Of a DNA stretch of 64,000 nucleotides, positions 38,888-52,790 are shown in pieces. The notes beneath the pieces are model-generated. The model was not told the DNA's origin. It ran no database searches and saw nothing but the letters and a program-made list of their open reading frames with translations. How positions within the stretch are numbered: position 1 is the stretch's first letter; the number at the start of each line of letters is the position of its first letter. Both the position numbers and the translations under genes were made by a program. Origin of the DNA: Carcharhinus amblyrhynchos (taxonomy: Eukaryota); contig OZ336878.1 of NCBI GenBank assembly GCA_965287045.1, positions 71,114,001-71,178,000 on the forward strand. Direction: 5' to 3'.

Positions 38888-39150
38888 ATCTCAGGATGTC
38901 TCACGGCCAGTGAAGCACTTCTGAAGTACAGCATAGGGAGCACAACAATCACTGTGCACACAGCACGGTTCCCCTCGCAGCAAAGAAATAAGTGACCAGA
39001 TCACCTGTTTTTTGTGACATTTGTTGAGAGATAAATATTGGCAAGTAGAAATAGTGTAATTCCACTGCTCTTTGAATAGCACTGTGGAATCTTGCATATT
39101 CACGAGGGAAGGCAAACAGACCTCAATTTATTGTCTCATTAGGTGGACAG
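38888..39150 (-). mobile_element. Deu-domain SINE fragment
   Basis: 'ctcaggatgtc...gttgagagataaatattggc...tttgaatagcactgtggaatctt'. Confidence 0.7.
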
Positions 39151-39225
39151 TAACCCACACCCACCCATGCCTCCACCTCCCCCCGCCTCTCTCCCCTCTT
39201 CCCCATTGTGCAATATTTTTCCAAT

Positions 39226-39500
39226 AATCATAGAATCTACGGCACGGAGACAGGCCCTTCAACCCAAACTGGTCCATGCCGACCAAAAAGCCCACCTAAG
39301 CTAACCCCATTTGCCTGCAATTGGTCCATATCCCTCTAAACCTTTCCAATCCATGTATCTGTCCAAATGCCTTTTAAATGTTGTCAATGTCCCTGCCTCA
39401 ACCACTTCTTCCTGCAGCTCATTCCACATACATACCACCTTCTGTGTGTAAAAAAAAATGTTCCTCGGGTTCCCATTAATTTTTTCCCCTCTTAACTGCT
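39226..39500 (-). mobile_element. CR1/HER1 LINE 3' end
   Basis: 'atcatagaatctacggcacggagacaggccctt...ccatatccctctaaacct...agctcattccacatacataccacc'. Confidence 0.85.
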
Positions 39501-41058
39501 GGATTTTAATATGACTGGATCAAGACTGGCACAATCCATAGTTGCCAGGCAATTTAGATAAGTCAGGAGAGATGAGCTCATGTGTTGCAAGTGTAAATAA
39601 ATTCAGATCAGAGTTAGGGGGTTAGGGAATGCTAGGCTATGTGCCATACTGTAGCATGCATCATGATCAAATAACAGGTGAGAAAAGAACTGCTGAGAAA
39701 TAATAAATATTTTGTTTCGGCAATCGCTACCATTTTTAATCTGGAACATAAACACAGAATATACCTGCCTATTATTCTGCTGTTAACACTCTACATAACC
39801 TACACGTAACTTCTTGTGGAGGGGCGCCAATCTCAAAACAGAGCTTTCAAGTGGCATTTGAAAATGTGCACACTCCATCCATTCTACAGAAACATTAAAG
39901 GGACAATCAATTTTCTTGTTCCTTTTCAGTATTAATGCATACATCAAGAAACCAAAATTCCAACTGGTGCTTGAATAATTTTTTACTGAAGCTCTTTGAA
40001 GGAAAAATCTATTCGTCGTGAACCCAGCTCTTTTCCCTACTGATCTGCAAATGTTGCTTTCTCATGTGCATTTTGAAACTTGTTATTAAATTTAAAGTTC
40101 TTTAGTTTTATTTGCCTTAAATCTCATCCAGCACACTAAAGTAAGTTTTGCTCTTTCGACTTGGGTGGCTTAAGTGGAAAATGAACTGGAATGCTGAGCA
40201 CTACTCCAAGATTTACTGGTGTTTGCGCATGTTACACCTGGGACTTACTTTTTTCTCTTAAATGCAGCTGTACACAAATTATCAGTTGCTTAACCTACCC
40301 AGAGACCTCCACAAAACCTTGGCTTCAAACTGGTCTTGCTCTCAAGTATCACTTGGGATCAAAGGAAGCGGATTGCCCAATAGTGAATATTTAAGCCACA
40401 TTCCCTCACTATGCTAACAGGCTCATTAAATGTGCATAGCTCATTTTTAAAAACCGAACTTGGCATCACAAGGCTGAACATTGCTCAAAGGTACCACACC
40501 TTTCCTCCAGCGCACGTCAGGTCTTATTGCGCTCCACACAATCCAATACTGCAAACAAACGATAGGTTGAAACAGCAACAGTGCTGAATATTAGCCTATG
40601 ATGTGTGTAAACAATAAATTACACAGCAAGTGTCATTGGACCTTGCCTTGTAACTGATATTCCCTTTACTCTTATCAGAAGAAATAAAGTACCGTGTACT
40701 TGTGAACCTGACTTGAAGGCACAAGATTTTTCCAGTCTTTTCTGGAACAAACCTTCACTCAAATCTGACGCTATTGACTTTAAAAAAATGTTAGATTCTC
40801 CCCAAATAACCAAATTACACAAAAACCAAAAAACTTCCACAGTTCAATTACGGTTGGTACTTCACCTAACAGGTAAATCATACATCAGGAGCGTATTCAA
40901 AATAAATGAGAGTTAGGACTTTGCTCTATGCCTGGCCTGTGCTATAGATTCACAAAGCAGAAGAAGCTCTTTGGTCTGTTGTGCCGATGCCAGCTCTTAA
41001 TGGGATAATCCATTAGTACCACTGCCCTGCTCTGTTCCCCACAGAATTGAAAATATTG

Positions 41059-41192
41059 GCCGGAACTTTGTTCGCTCCGGCGGGATCTTCTGATTCTGCC
41101 AATGGCACCCCACCGCCACAGGCTTCCCAGCGACATAGGGTCGCATCAATAGGAAATCCCATCGAACATGTCGTGGCCAGACAATCCTACCC
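41059..41192. mobile_element. MITE-like element inserted in an old CR1 tail (40940-41240)
   Basis: GGCCGGAACTTT...CAATCCTACCC termini, flanked by att/att. Internal sequence resembles 63420-63628. Confidence 0.6.
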
Positions 41193-41834
41193 ATTGCCTT
41201 TTTACCATACACACACCTTTTGAAAGTTATTATTGCATTTAAAGTTCTTCAATTGGTGCTGGGTAATAAAAGTGAAAATACACCCCATTGTTCCTTTACA
41301 TCAAAAGGACGTATACAAATTAACAAAAGAAAATTTCACCGTCATTCCATTTATTCTTCTTACGCAATACCATTATGGACTTAAAATCTAGCAACAGCAA
41401 GATCCAATTACCTTGATTTTCTAATCACCTTGTATTTTCCTCCCCTAATGGCATGCCCTCGCACCCCATTCCCATCAGCCATGAATTGGGTGCATAACCA
41501 CGCTTGGTGGAAAGTTATAGGTGAAAAAGTATGTTCCAATATTTTGTTGGAAATCCCAACAGTCCATTCAGGTCAATACCCTGATCTGATCTCATTCTCA
41601 TGACCTCACTGAATGGCAGACGGACTCAGTAGGACTCCTATGTCCTAAGATCTGGTCTTGCTTCTTAACCTCCCAGTTGTCCGACTGTAATTCCCCTAAA
41701 TTAATATTCATTGGTGCCCAGCCTGCGAATGTGAAGCACAAGGATACAGTGGGTTCCAGAAGGGTCTACAGAATATTCCAATAGGGTCATGTGTCCATCT
41801 CACATACATATGATGCCATGGCAGACGATTCTCA

Positions 41835-41960
41835 GGACGGAACTTTAATGCCCCGTCCGCCGCGGGAATTGTAGTGGGCAGGATACGGACCATGCAAAGG
41901 TCCATTGATCACGGGAGGGATTTTCTGGTCTTCAGCAAGCAAGGCCAGAAAATCCCACCC
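41835..41960 (+). mobile_element. Short hairpin-rich MITE-like element
   Basis: Ends in the hairpin GGGATTTTCTGG-n-CCAGAAAATCCC; related to 32299 and 54300. Confidence 0.65.
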
Positions 41961-43199
41961 TTGTGTGGTTCTCACAAAACAAGGACCATGAGAAAAGTTT
42001 TTTTTGGATATGATATCATTGCAAAGTGCATCAGTTGTGTGAAAACATCTGCACAGCTGTGTTAAGTTAACTAGCTGTCACCTATATTGATGATCACCAT
42101 CTGATCTGGGCGTCTCACGGGTTCAGATAAGCCTCTCTGGCTCTGCTGAATTTTTCACAGTATGTATTTCAGTGTACCTGTTCCTTCAGACCGCCAAATG
42201 CCCCTTCAAGATTGACCCCTGCTCCTTACTCACCCTGTCCATACCCCTCATAACCTTATACACCTCATATCCAATACTGCATTTGCAGAGATTCCATGTA
42301 CCACATAAGATGTAAACCAAGGCCCATTTGCCACTTCAGGTGGAATGAAAAGTAGGCCTGGCACTAATTAGAAGAGTAGGGAGGTCTCCCTGATGTCCTG
42401 GACAACATTTATCCTGAACCAAGTCATGATAGCTGCTGTATAAGAATACATGCCCATCCAAATTTCTTTTTTCAATCAATGTGCCAAGATCACTGTTCCT
42501 CTGAACTTTCCTCCTTTTGTTTTAAACTCTAAGTACACCATTCTACACTTCCTTCCTTTCCCTTGTAGTGTCACTTTTGAAAACTGGATGTTTGTCACAC
42601 CATCTCTTAGTTCCGACATTCTCAAAATTGTGGGACTCCTTTCCCAAGAGTTTAGTCATTTATGTTTTTAAAAAAGCTAACTCTGACACCAGGTAATCTG
42701 TGCCTGATTCCAACCACACCACCCCCAACCCCCCACCATCTCCTCCCCCTCCTCCACATCATCTCCTGCTCTTTTCAGCCTTGGCTGTATACTGCACTAC
42801 AGACTTTTAGCTAATAACCCTAATATTTATTTAAAAAGTAACTCCCCCAGAGTAGCACAACTGGCCAGAACCGCTTTTCCTTATAGTTACTGGCATTAAA
42901 AATATTTTGAATGCAGTTTAACAAATCAAAATATGAGTTCAGCTTCATCACATTCTCAGACACATGTGGCGGATGAATTGTTTGCTTGTACTAAGTCTAG
43001 CTGGGCTATGATAATGCCAAATGAAGGATTCCAGAGGAATAGAGAACACATTACTGACATTATGCACTGTAGTAGTCTTTGCTATCTGAATACTAAACTC
43101 TCCAAATATCCTAAAATGTATGCAAAGAGCCAAGATACAATGCACTTAATATAGCACTTTTGATTTTAATTTGTGATTAGTTTGTGAAGGCTGATGACC

Positions 43200-43680
43200 C
43201 TACCTTCCTCTCGCCACTGACATTCCCTGGCACACTGGTACTGCCCACTAGGCACCAGGCACTACCAAGGGGATGGGCCTGGGGTGCGGCGGGGGCGGCG
43301 GGGGTCTGATGGCAGCTGAGTTTGACTGGAGGTGGAACCTGACGGTGGAGGAAGGTGGGGGGGGGGGGGGGTTCTGTAGGAAAGGATTAAAGGGGGAACT
43401 CTGCATCAGGGGTACAGGAAGTGATGGGGGGGGTGGCAATTGGGAGGTTGGTGAGCAGAGTACCAGTGATCAGGGGGCTGGCAATCATGTTTGGGGATGG
43501 TGATCAAGGGGGGCGTTGATGTCCTGTGCACTGGCACTCCCAGTGGCTTCCTGGCATGAATAGGCTCCATCCACTCCCCCTGCTGGCAGGAATCGCACTA
43601 CAGTCTCTGTATTGCACAAAGTGCTATAAGTTATGGCATCTACCTTGTTGGCACGACTGGAGTAAATTCTTGTACATTGC
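43200..43680. mobile_element. G-rich non-autonomous repeat
   Basis: 'ggcacactggtactgcccactaggcaccaggcac' motif (similar to 24545-24590) followed by long G tracts. Confidence 0.4.
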
Positions 43681-44168
43681 ATTTTGAAATCTTATTTGGA
43701 AGTTCCCAAGGTGCTGTTATTGCAAGAAACATTATCCTGGAATGACCCTCTTTATCCTAAGTTCCCATCCGAGATTTCCGAGCAGTGGCTCCAGCCATTC
43801 ACTCATGGAAGAAAGCGGAATGAGAGGGAGATTCCAGAGTTACTCATACACACCATCTTGCTGTTGTGCTCACAGCAGTGTTAGCAGAGGCCTAGGAAAG
43901 TTATCAGCCAGCTGAACCAGTAATAAATGCCATGTGGCATTTAACTGTGGAAAGGGGAGAACATGCATTTAGGGAATGTTTCACAAAAAGACAAAGGGCT
44001 CCTGATAACAAGACTCACTTTTCAAGGCAGAATTCAGTTTTTAATTTTGCATTATTAGAAAGTTTATCAAGACATTTCCCAGACAGGGGAAGGGGAAATT
44101 CCAACAGGCACAGAGGGAAAGGCAATCAAATACAGTTTAATTAATATCAAGAGGCACAATAAAAACAT

Positions 44169-44930
44169 GGGGCAGAATTCAATGCTCCCACTCCATGAAT
44201 CGAGTTGTGAGGCACACTGTGTGATCGAGTGGAACAGTGCAGAGGAAAGATCTCGCTGCCTTTCCTCCTCTCAGCAGTTAAGTCTGGGAGAGGAAGGCTT
44301 GCAGGTGGCCTTCTCATCCTGGTATCAATTAAAGCCCTTGTGAGGCACTTAATGGCCACTTAAGGGCCTCAATCCATCACTGCTGGTATTCAACCAGCGC
44401 TAGGCGGGAGATCCACCATGTGGGAGACGGACAAGCAAATCCTAGCAGCATACAAGTTGTGAGGGGAGCATCCCTTGTTCAAAGGCACTTAGTGCCTGGG
44501 CAAGGGACCCGGGATTGGGAACGTGGGGCAGGTGCGGAGGGGGGTGGACGGGGGGTTAGGTAGGTGGGGGGTGGTAGGTGTGCCTGCAGAGAAGCAACCC
44601 TTCCCTTTTCTCCATTATGTCTCTCCCACCCATCACTGGCACCTTCCATCACATATCTTCCTCCAGAGGTCCAATAATGAATCCTGCTGAAGGCCCAAAT
44701 CAGCAGCCATTTCTCCCAGTGGCACTGTGGGTCATGGAGGGGAAGTTGGGCTGCTGGGTGGGATTTCTGCCCTGATGGTGGAAGTCCTGGAATTAACTGC
44801 CCCACCACCCCCCACACAGTGTGCTTCCCACTGCCAATTATGGACTTACTTAATTCCCTCAGGGTGCCTGGAGATTGGGTTGGTGACGGTGCCTTGGTTT
44901 TCGTGGTGGACATGGGGCCCCCTGCCACCC
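44169..44930. mobile_element. GC-rich non-autonomous DNA-transposon-like repeat
   Basis: Starts GGGGCAGAATTC; 'caattaaagcccttgtgaggcacttaatggccacttaagggcctcaat' is a palindromic core related to 27082-27660. Confidence 0.45.
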
Positions 44931-45967
44931 TCATTGATTTCCATCCACATCAAAGACTTTGCTGAAGCACTTTTAAAAATTGGATAAGAGAATGAAGAGA
45001 ATGATATTGAACCAGACTCTTCTGGGAGGAATTATACAGGATGTCAATTCAGAAACAGCTCCCCTGCTGGTCTGTCATTGTTTGGAAAGAGCACCACTTG
45101 CAGCCTAGAAAAAGAACTACATTCTCTATCGGGGCAAAGTTGTCTGTGAACAACTTATATGCTGCTTAAAGACACTGACTTGTAGCCCAATGAAGGCTCA
45201 TGGAATAATTAACCAAACGGTTCAATTCACGATTACCATGGCACAGATCTCAGTGTACAAGCAATGCCATATTAGGGTTCGGTCTAATAAGCATGGAAAA
45301 CCCATAGTTCATGAATGCTATGTTTATATTTCCACTGACTCTCAAAACCCACACCATTTCTATTGCATTCATAGGCAAGAAACTTCATGTAAAATAGGGA
45401 GGTCCCCAGCAGGAGAGAAAATAGAAAAGGTAATTGGGAAAGATAGAAGAGGAGGGAGTGAAAGACATAAAGAAAATGAGGCCATTGTCAAAACCATGGC
45501 TCTCAGGGGATTCCTGAAAGTAGGATCAATAGTTACATGGGCAGGAAGTCCCAAAAGGTCAGAGTGAAGTAGCTGAATAAATGGTAGAGCAAGCAAGAAC
45601 AAGGCAGAGGAATCCTAAAGAGTGTGGACAGGGAGATGACACAGAGGGAGTCACTAACATACTGAAGAGATAGTTGGAATTGTGAACACCTATAACAAGA
45701 GTGGACCATTTAGCTTTTCTACTATTCAGTTGGACAGTGGCAAATTTGCTTTTGAACTTCATTTGCACACATTTGAACCACACTCATTTCAAGTGTACCA
45801 GGGTCAGGCAGAAAGCTACGGGCGATTTTGATGCCCTGGTGTATGTCCTCTAATTTTTTTTATTTAGCAAATACTAGGGTCAGCTTCAAAAGAAGCAGGC
45901 TTCTTCTTGCTTTGTTAGCTCCAACTGCCACTTTAACAGGAGGGACAAAAAACCTTTCCAACATAGT

Positions 45968-46365
45968 GGATGGCATGGTGGTGCAGTGGTTAGCAATGCT
46001 GCTGTGCAGCACAAGGGACCTGGGTTCAATTCTGGCCTTGGGTGTTTGTCTGTGTGGATTGTGTATGTTCTCGCTGTGTTTGTATGTGTTTCCTGTGAGT
46101 GATCTGGTTTCCTCTCACATTCCAAAGATGTGCAGCTTAGGTGGACTAACCATGCTAAATCGCCCTTTCATGTCCCAAGACGTGTAGGTTGGATTAGTCA
46201 TGGTAAATGTGTGGCATTATTGGGATACAGTGGTGGAGCAGCCTGGATAAAACACTCTGTCAGGAAAAGCTAAATGGTCTACTCTTGTTATAGGTATTCA
46301 CAATTCCAACTATCTCTTCAATAGGCTGAATGGTCTCATTCCACACTGTGGGAATCCTATGATTC
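45968..46365 (+). mobile_element. HE1 SINE, full length
   Basis: GGCATGGTGGTGCAGTGGTTAGCAATGCTGCT (A box), GGGTTCAATTC (B box), V domain, and a partly duplicated tail. Confidence 0.88.
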
Positions 46366-47626
46366 ATGTGAATACTTTAAACTGCTGCCTACAGGGCTGG
46401 AATTTACTCCTTTACACTGAGCAAGAAAATATTGCAATCAAAACGATGATAGAATAAACAAATAGACTTGTTTGGATGTATAGAATCAATTCATCTTTCA
46501 CCAGCAGTTAAGGCAGTCCTCAGATTAGACCAGACAATTTGATAATCGGGTTGATAAAAGATAGATAAAAATGTTGAAATACTTAAAACTACTTCTCTAT
46601 GGCATGAAAGTCTCCCCTCTTACAGTTTATAGATTGAAACATTTGATATCCTCAGTTATAAGCTATTTCCAAAAAAGGTTATTCATAAATGAAAAAAATT
46701 AATCAAGGGGTCGGAGGAACTATTAGCAGTAATTTTGTTTGCATGTCTGCAGCTTGATTAACGATGTGCTTATTTAGTGGAGGTACTCACTAGAAGAACT
46801 GAAAGCCCAGTCCCTCCTGCCCCCCTCTCCGTCCCTCACCCCCAACCATCCAATTTCTTGACAATTCTCCTTTATATTCTCCTCTGAGAGCCATTGATTC
46901 CTGTTGGGTCCACCCGGTTTTGCAGTTGACAGTCAGTGATCAGTGTTTGCGGGCCAGCCTTACAATTGAGTATCAACACAATCTTCAACCAAATACTCAA
47001 CCTCATTCCACATTTGCAGGCAGATTTCCAACAGCAACAGGGACCCCCCCCCAGTAAAAAAAACTTCCCCTTCCTAGTTTTGGACAATGGAACCGAACTC
47101 TGAGTGCAGCAGCAGCTGAAAGTAACTAAACACAGACTGGGGATTGAGTGCTTCCTGGCCCTGTGACACTCATTAACCTTAGCCTTGTGAAGGGAGGAAT
47201 GGGAAACAATATTAAATTCCATCTCCCACCTCCCCATCCCGCTGAACACCATCAGCTCTTGTTAACTCTTGCACCTTGTATCCCCAAAAATCAATCAACT
47301 CCATCTTTAGCTGAACAAACTACCAGGAAACAAATAATACAAATGTAATCAGATTTTAAAATCAGGAGACGAAAGGTGTTAGCTGCTAAACATTCATCAA
47401 AAGCAGTTTGAGGAGTTGACTGTTTTTGTTTGGCAGGCTGAATTTATATGCTTAAGTTAGTTCCTTACATGTACATTTAATGCAAACATGCTAAATCTAC
47501 TCAGTACACCAGTGACGATGAGAAATCTATCCCAATTATTATAAAGAGTCAAAAGTTGCCAACTGTGATAAAATATATTCCTGGAGGTTTCATCACATCA
47601 CTTGCTCCATGCCCCATGTTCCAGCC

Positions 47627-48270
47627 AACATAAGAACTAGGTGCAGGAGTGGGCAATTCGGCCCCTCGAGCCTGCTCTGCCCTTCAATACAATCGTGGCC
47701 CATTCTCCATAACCCTCCAATCCATTACTAATTAAAAATTTGTCCATCTCATCCTTAAATTTACTCAATGTCCTAGCGTCCACTGCAATCTGGGGCAATA
47801 AATTCCGCTACTGACTCATGACCTTTTCAGAGGAAGTAGTTTCTCTTCATCTCTGTTTCAAATTTGCTACTCATTATCCTTAAACTATGATGTCTTATTC
47901 CAGATTGTTCCACAAGAGGAAGCATTTGCTTCTGTTTTGTCAATACCGTTTATCATCTTATATTCCTCAATTAGATCTCCCCTCATTCTTCTAAACTTTA
48001 GAGAGGTTTGGACTAAATAGCCCAATCTCTTTTCATAAGACAAGCCCCTCATCGATTGAGTGAACCTCCTCTGAACTGCCTCTAATGCCACTACATCTTT
48101 CCTCAAGTAAGGAGATTAGAACTGGACATAGTATTTCAAGTGTGGTCTCAGCAATGCCTTGTATAGTTGCAGCAATACTTCCTTACTCCATTCCTCTAGC
48201 TATAAATGCCAAAATTCCATTTCCATTCCTTATTACCTCTATGCCTGCATATCTATCCTTGTGATTTATT
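47627..48270 (-). mobile_element. CR1 LINE 3' fragment (ORF2 C-terminus and tail)
   Basis: ORF 47885-48106 RKDVVALEAVQRRFT...FRRMRGDLIEEYKMINGID. Confidence 0.92.
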
Positions 48271-48739
48271 AGCTTCCCACACCAACTGGAAAGCAAATAG
48301 AGTCATCACCCATGCTTGACTGTCAGACAGCCTCTCCTGCAGTCCATTTTTGATATTTTTATTTCTGCTAAAAAGGTCAAAGAAAATGGCAAAAATATAC
48401 AATTAGCATTGGATTGCTACTCTGTATCCAAATATCTGAGCCAATTTTTTTCTGTGCCTGACTTGGCCAATCTTCTTGACTCAGTGTGGGCAAGATCCAG
48501 ACAGCAGAGGGATCACTGAGACACAGCGTCGAAATCTATCAGAGCAGGAATGAAGGAGGACATGCCTCCTTTTTTTATCATATCGCCATAAAGCATTGAA
48601 AATGACAAGCCAGGAAGAAGGTAAATGTCTAAGGTAAATGGATGACATTTGAGGGGTGGAGGGGAATTGAGACATTGGAAGGGGAGGTCGAACATGGTTG
48701 GGGGTGAGATATCAGGGGCTTGGGGGGTCAGACAGTCAG

Positions 48740-49166
48740 ATAAGAACATAAGAAATAGGAGCAGGAGAAGGCCATCTAGCCCTTCGAGCCTGCCCCACCA
48801 TTCAATAAGATCATGGCTGATCTGAAGTGGATCAGTTCCACTTTCCCGCTTTCTCCCCATAACCCTTAATTCCCCTGTCTATCAGAAACCTATCTACCCG
48901 TGACTTAAATATATTCAGCGAGGTAGCCCCCACCACTTCAACGGGCAGAGAATTCCAGAGACTCGCCATCCTTTGAGTGAAGAAGTTCCTCCTCAACTCC
49001 GATCTAAACTGCGCACCCCCCCCCCCTTACTTTGAGGCTGCGCCCTCTAGTTCTGCTATCCTTTCTAAGCGGGAAGAATCTCTCTACCTCTACCTTATGC
49101 ATCCCCTTCATTATCTTATACGTCTCTCTAAGATCCCCCCTCAGCCTTCTAAACTCCAACGAGTAC
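48740..49166 (-). mobile_element. CR1 LINE 3' end
   Basis: 'ataagaacataagaaataggagcaggag...gcagagaattccagagactc...tttgagtgaagaagttcctcctc'. Confidence 0.9.
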
Positions 49167-50974
49167 AGATGGGGAGGGTTGTGTTGGATTAAGGGTGGAA
49201 ATTCAGGTCAGGTCGGGGAAGGGGTGGGGTAGGTTAGGTCTGGGATACACATGATAGGGAGGTCAGGCTGGGTCGGATTTGTTGGGTGGTTGGGGGTCAG
49301 GTTGGGGCAGATCTAACCAGGTTGGGAGTTAGGTTGGATCGCATTTGTGGTTGGGGAGAGCTGTGGAATCCCGTGCAGGTAGTGAGTTGGGGGTGGGGAG
49401 TACTGTGGGGGCGGTTTGTCAGGAAGTTGTGGAGTAGTCCCCAGTACAGGTGGGAGTGTGGATGAGTCCCAGGCAAGGATCAGCCTGGGTCTTTAAAATG
49501 AACGCAGAAGTTAGAAGTGGTTTTAATTCTTCTAACTTTTTCTGTGTAACTATTCGTGTAAGACAGGCAGAATGACCTAGAGCTAATAATTGAAATCACT
49601 TTGTCAGATGGCTCCTAGACAGTGCAATTGTCCAAGGGAAGTAAACCCTTAGCTGGGAGCTGCCAAGAGGAATTTGCCAGCACATCTTTGGGGTAGCTCC
49701 CAAATCAGACATCGGGGAGCCCAGCAGTTAAGTCACAATATCCCTTGATATCCTAATGATTTTGCTCCAGAGTTTCACATAGCCAGTGCACTGGAGATTG
49801 ATCTTCAGTCCCTGGAGCCTGCAGGCCAATCCTGGAGGGCTGGCAATCTGAATCAAAGGCCCTCCATCGTATTTCCTGCTCCACATGACAAGGTCAAATA
49901 TTTTGCTGCAAACATGCCTTCCCTCATCCTCGATCCAACCTCTTTTGCAGACACGCAAATGTTTACTGGTATTCGAGGCTCTAGGATGAAAGATCAGCTT
50001 AAAAGCAGCTGAACCTCAGACACTCAAAATTTGAAACTTGAAACCTTACCAGTCACAGGTAGAATCCAAAATCAAACTGACGGGTTTGGTTAAGATTTGC
50101 ATCTCATCAGCCGTTTACAAATCTGCTGTCACATGGAGCCGGAATGCTAGGAAGCGTGCATAGTTTTTTGCGTCACAGGTCGGCCTCTGGGGTTCAAGAG
50201 CTGCATTATTAAGAGTTTATTCCCCATTGATTAGATGGCTTTCGGAAATGGTGCCAAGTTGGAACAGTTTGTGACTTATTCACAAACGGGAAGGCTGAAT
50301 GTGAAATTCTATATACAAGTGCCCGTCGGAAATATCTAACTGATTCGGTACTTTAAGGGAGTACGCGATTAACTTTTACATTTAAGACCTGCAAGAGACA
50401 TTTCACAGGAAGCGCTGCAACAGAGTCAGCACAAACCAGGTCATGGTTCGGCACACAAGACACAAGCCCTTTTCCATAATTTCCTGAAATAGCAAATTGT
50501 GCACTATTTCAGGTTGATCCTGTCCCCTGCCCCCGTGAACCATCTGGTAGAGTACTTTCCAAATTAAAATCTCCTTCAATTCTTTGGCAGCCTGAAGCAT
50601 GACAGGACGGCAGGAAATCTTCGTGCGCCTGGTTCACAGACACAAGCCTACAAAGCCTTCCAACTCCAGCCTCCAGAAAGGAACCCAATAAATAGTGATA
50701 TCATTATGGCCGCATGCCTAAAACAAAGTCAGATTAACCAAAACAAAAAGTAGATAAAATACTGGGTTCATTTTATTCCATCATTTTTCAACATGCCTCT
50801 CATACATACGGAACTATTGCTTAACATTAGTGGAAGTTCTTAAACGTTGCCCCATATTGAATGTACACATCATCGATATCATCCCCTCCCCGGGGGAGAG
50901 TGCCTCCAAGAATTATGTCCATTGCTGCACATTTACACACAAGCTTCGAGCCACCAAAGAAGTAAGTACCTCCA

Positions 50975-51550
50975 TGAAACTGCAAAACTGGAATAGATGT
51001 AGGCAAGTCGGTCCTTTGCGCCTACTTGGCCTTTCAACACGATCATGGCTTGTGTTTGCAGTTCTGCATTCTCATCTACCTCCCGGTAACCTTTGATTCC
51101 ATTGCCGAACAAGAATCTATCTACCTCTGCCTTAAAAACAGTTTGGTTTTTTACCAGATACTAGTTCCAGGTCGACCCCATTTGAGATATTTGAATCCAA
51201 TGGTGGGTTCAAATATGCTGCCAGCTGATTTTTTTGTGTGTTGTGTTTGTTAATCTAGGTACAGAGAGATATGCAGCATGGAAACAGACCCTTTAGTCCA
51301 ACTCGTTCATGCTGACTGACCTTTATTATTTGCTTGTGTTTAGCCCAGATCCCTCTAAAGCTTTTTTTAGCCATGTACCTGTACACATGTGTTTTAAATG
51401 TTGTAATTGTACCTGTCTCTACCACTCCGCATTCCACATACATTCCACCCTCTATGTGAAAAAGTTGGCCCTCAGGTCCCTTTTAAATCTTTCCCCTCAC
51501 ACTTTAAACCTCTAGTTTTGGACTCTTCTGCCCTGGGGAAAGGACTATAT
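50975..51550 (-). mobile_element. Two CR1/HER1 LINE 3' fragments
   Basis: Tail at 50975-51140; ORF 51255-51443 (VVETGTITTFKTHVYRYM) is a CR1 ORF2 terminus. Confidence 0.8.
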
Positions 51551-52355
51551 ATATAAGGTGATTCTTTGCTAGTGAAAATACGTTAGTAATTCAACAGTGT
51601 GGCCAGTTATACATATATTTACTGAGCTGATGAATGAAATGAAGGGATTGCCTCCTACAGGATTTCCCTGATTTCAGTGTCTACACACCCAGAACACACC
51701 TGGTGGCACGGATATGCAGCAACCTGAGCGGTGCATGAATGCAAATACACTGGTCTAACCAGCCTGTAACAAAAAAGCCGACTGACAGGGGCTCTGCTGC
51801 AAAACACACCAAACAGCCCACACCGGCGAGAACTTGCTTTACGAATCATTGAAAACCTTGCCGTGCGGGTCACAAGATAACAGGTTAATCACTTGCCACC
51901 GAATGAGAAGTCAAAGCATGCCCAATTAGGGCATCTGCGCCCTGACTTGCTGCCAGTGGTTTCACCTCTCAAGTTTGGATCTAACGCAGAACCTAACCTG
52001 GCTCCAGTGCAAGTCAGCGGAAACATGCCTCCTCTGGGGAATCAGCCCTCAGACCAACGCTGATTTTTAACATTACCTTCTTGATGACACATAGAAAGAA
52101 CAGCGCAGGGTGAAATATTTTGCCTTACTTTACATGCGACGTTCCCAGTTTAAATAAGGAAAAATGCAGATTCAAATATCTCAAAAAGCAGCAATTCTGT
52201 TTATACAAAGCCTCATTATACTTTTCCAATTTTAAAATGCACAGAACATTTCAAGCTATGTATATAAAAACAGCTGCTAGAAAAACACTCAGAACGCACT
52301 CTTCTCCAACAACGTTTCCCTCTCTCCCATTCCATTTAAGCCGAGATATACTAAC

Positions 52356-52790
52356 CAACAAAGGAAAATAAGCCATTCTTCTGGACCATATTTTGCATTT
52401 GCCTCAAGGTGAACCATGGTGAGAAAGAGATACAGTGGCACTTGGGAAAGTCATCCTCCAGGTTACAGCTGAGATCCAGCAGGTTACTCCACTCCGAGTT
52501 CAGACCTTCCACTCTCCCCGCTGAAAGTCGAGATCTGCGCAGATCTAGGACTAATTTGCAGAGTGCTCGCACAGTGCCCGTCCTTGGATGAGGGAGAAGA
52601 TGAATTCCCTTGCCCGATGCTAACTAAGGAGATGTTCAGCAACAATTGACGGAAGTGAGCTGCTGAGCTGGTTTAATCTGCATCATGCTCCCACACAGAC
52701 TGTGTGACTCCTGCTCTGGAGGAGGGGGGTGGGGAGGGGGGGGGTGCAGCGGAGCGAGAGACAGAGAAAAGCAGCTAACTTGGCCGTGCC
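52356..52790 (-). promoter_or_regulatory. Candidate distal promoter / alternative first exon of the minus-strand gene
   Basis: Non-repetitive, locally CpG-enriched block with an ETS motif ACGGAAGTG (about 52649-52658), a G-tract Sp/KLF-type box (52718-52746) and a minus-strand donor TTG|GTTAGT at 52356. Phase-0 micro-ORF MAYFPLL (52376-52356, agaATGG). Confidence 0.45.

Noticed and set aside
49166-49460. G-rich tract as a functional G-quadruplex element
   Set aside because: Appears to be low-complexity interior of a repeat split by a CR1 insertion; nothing ties it to function.
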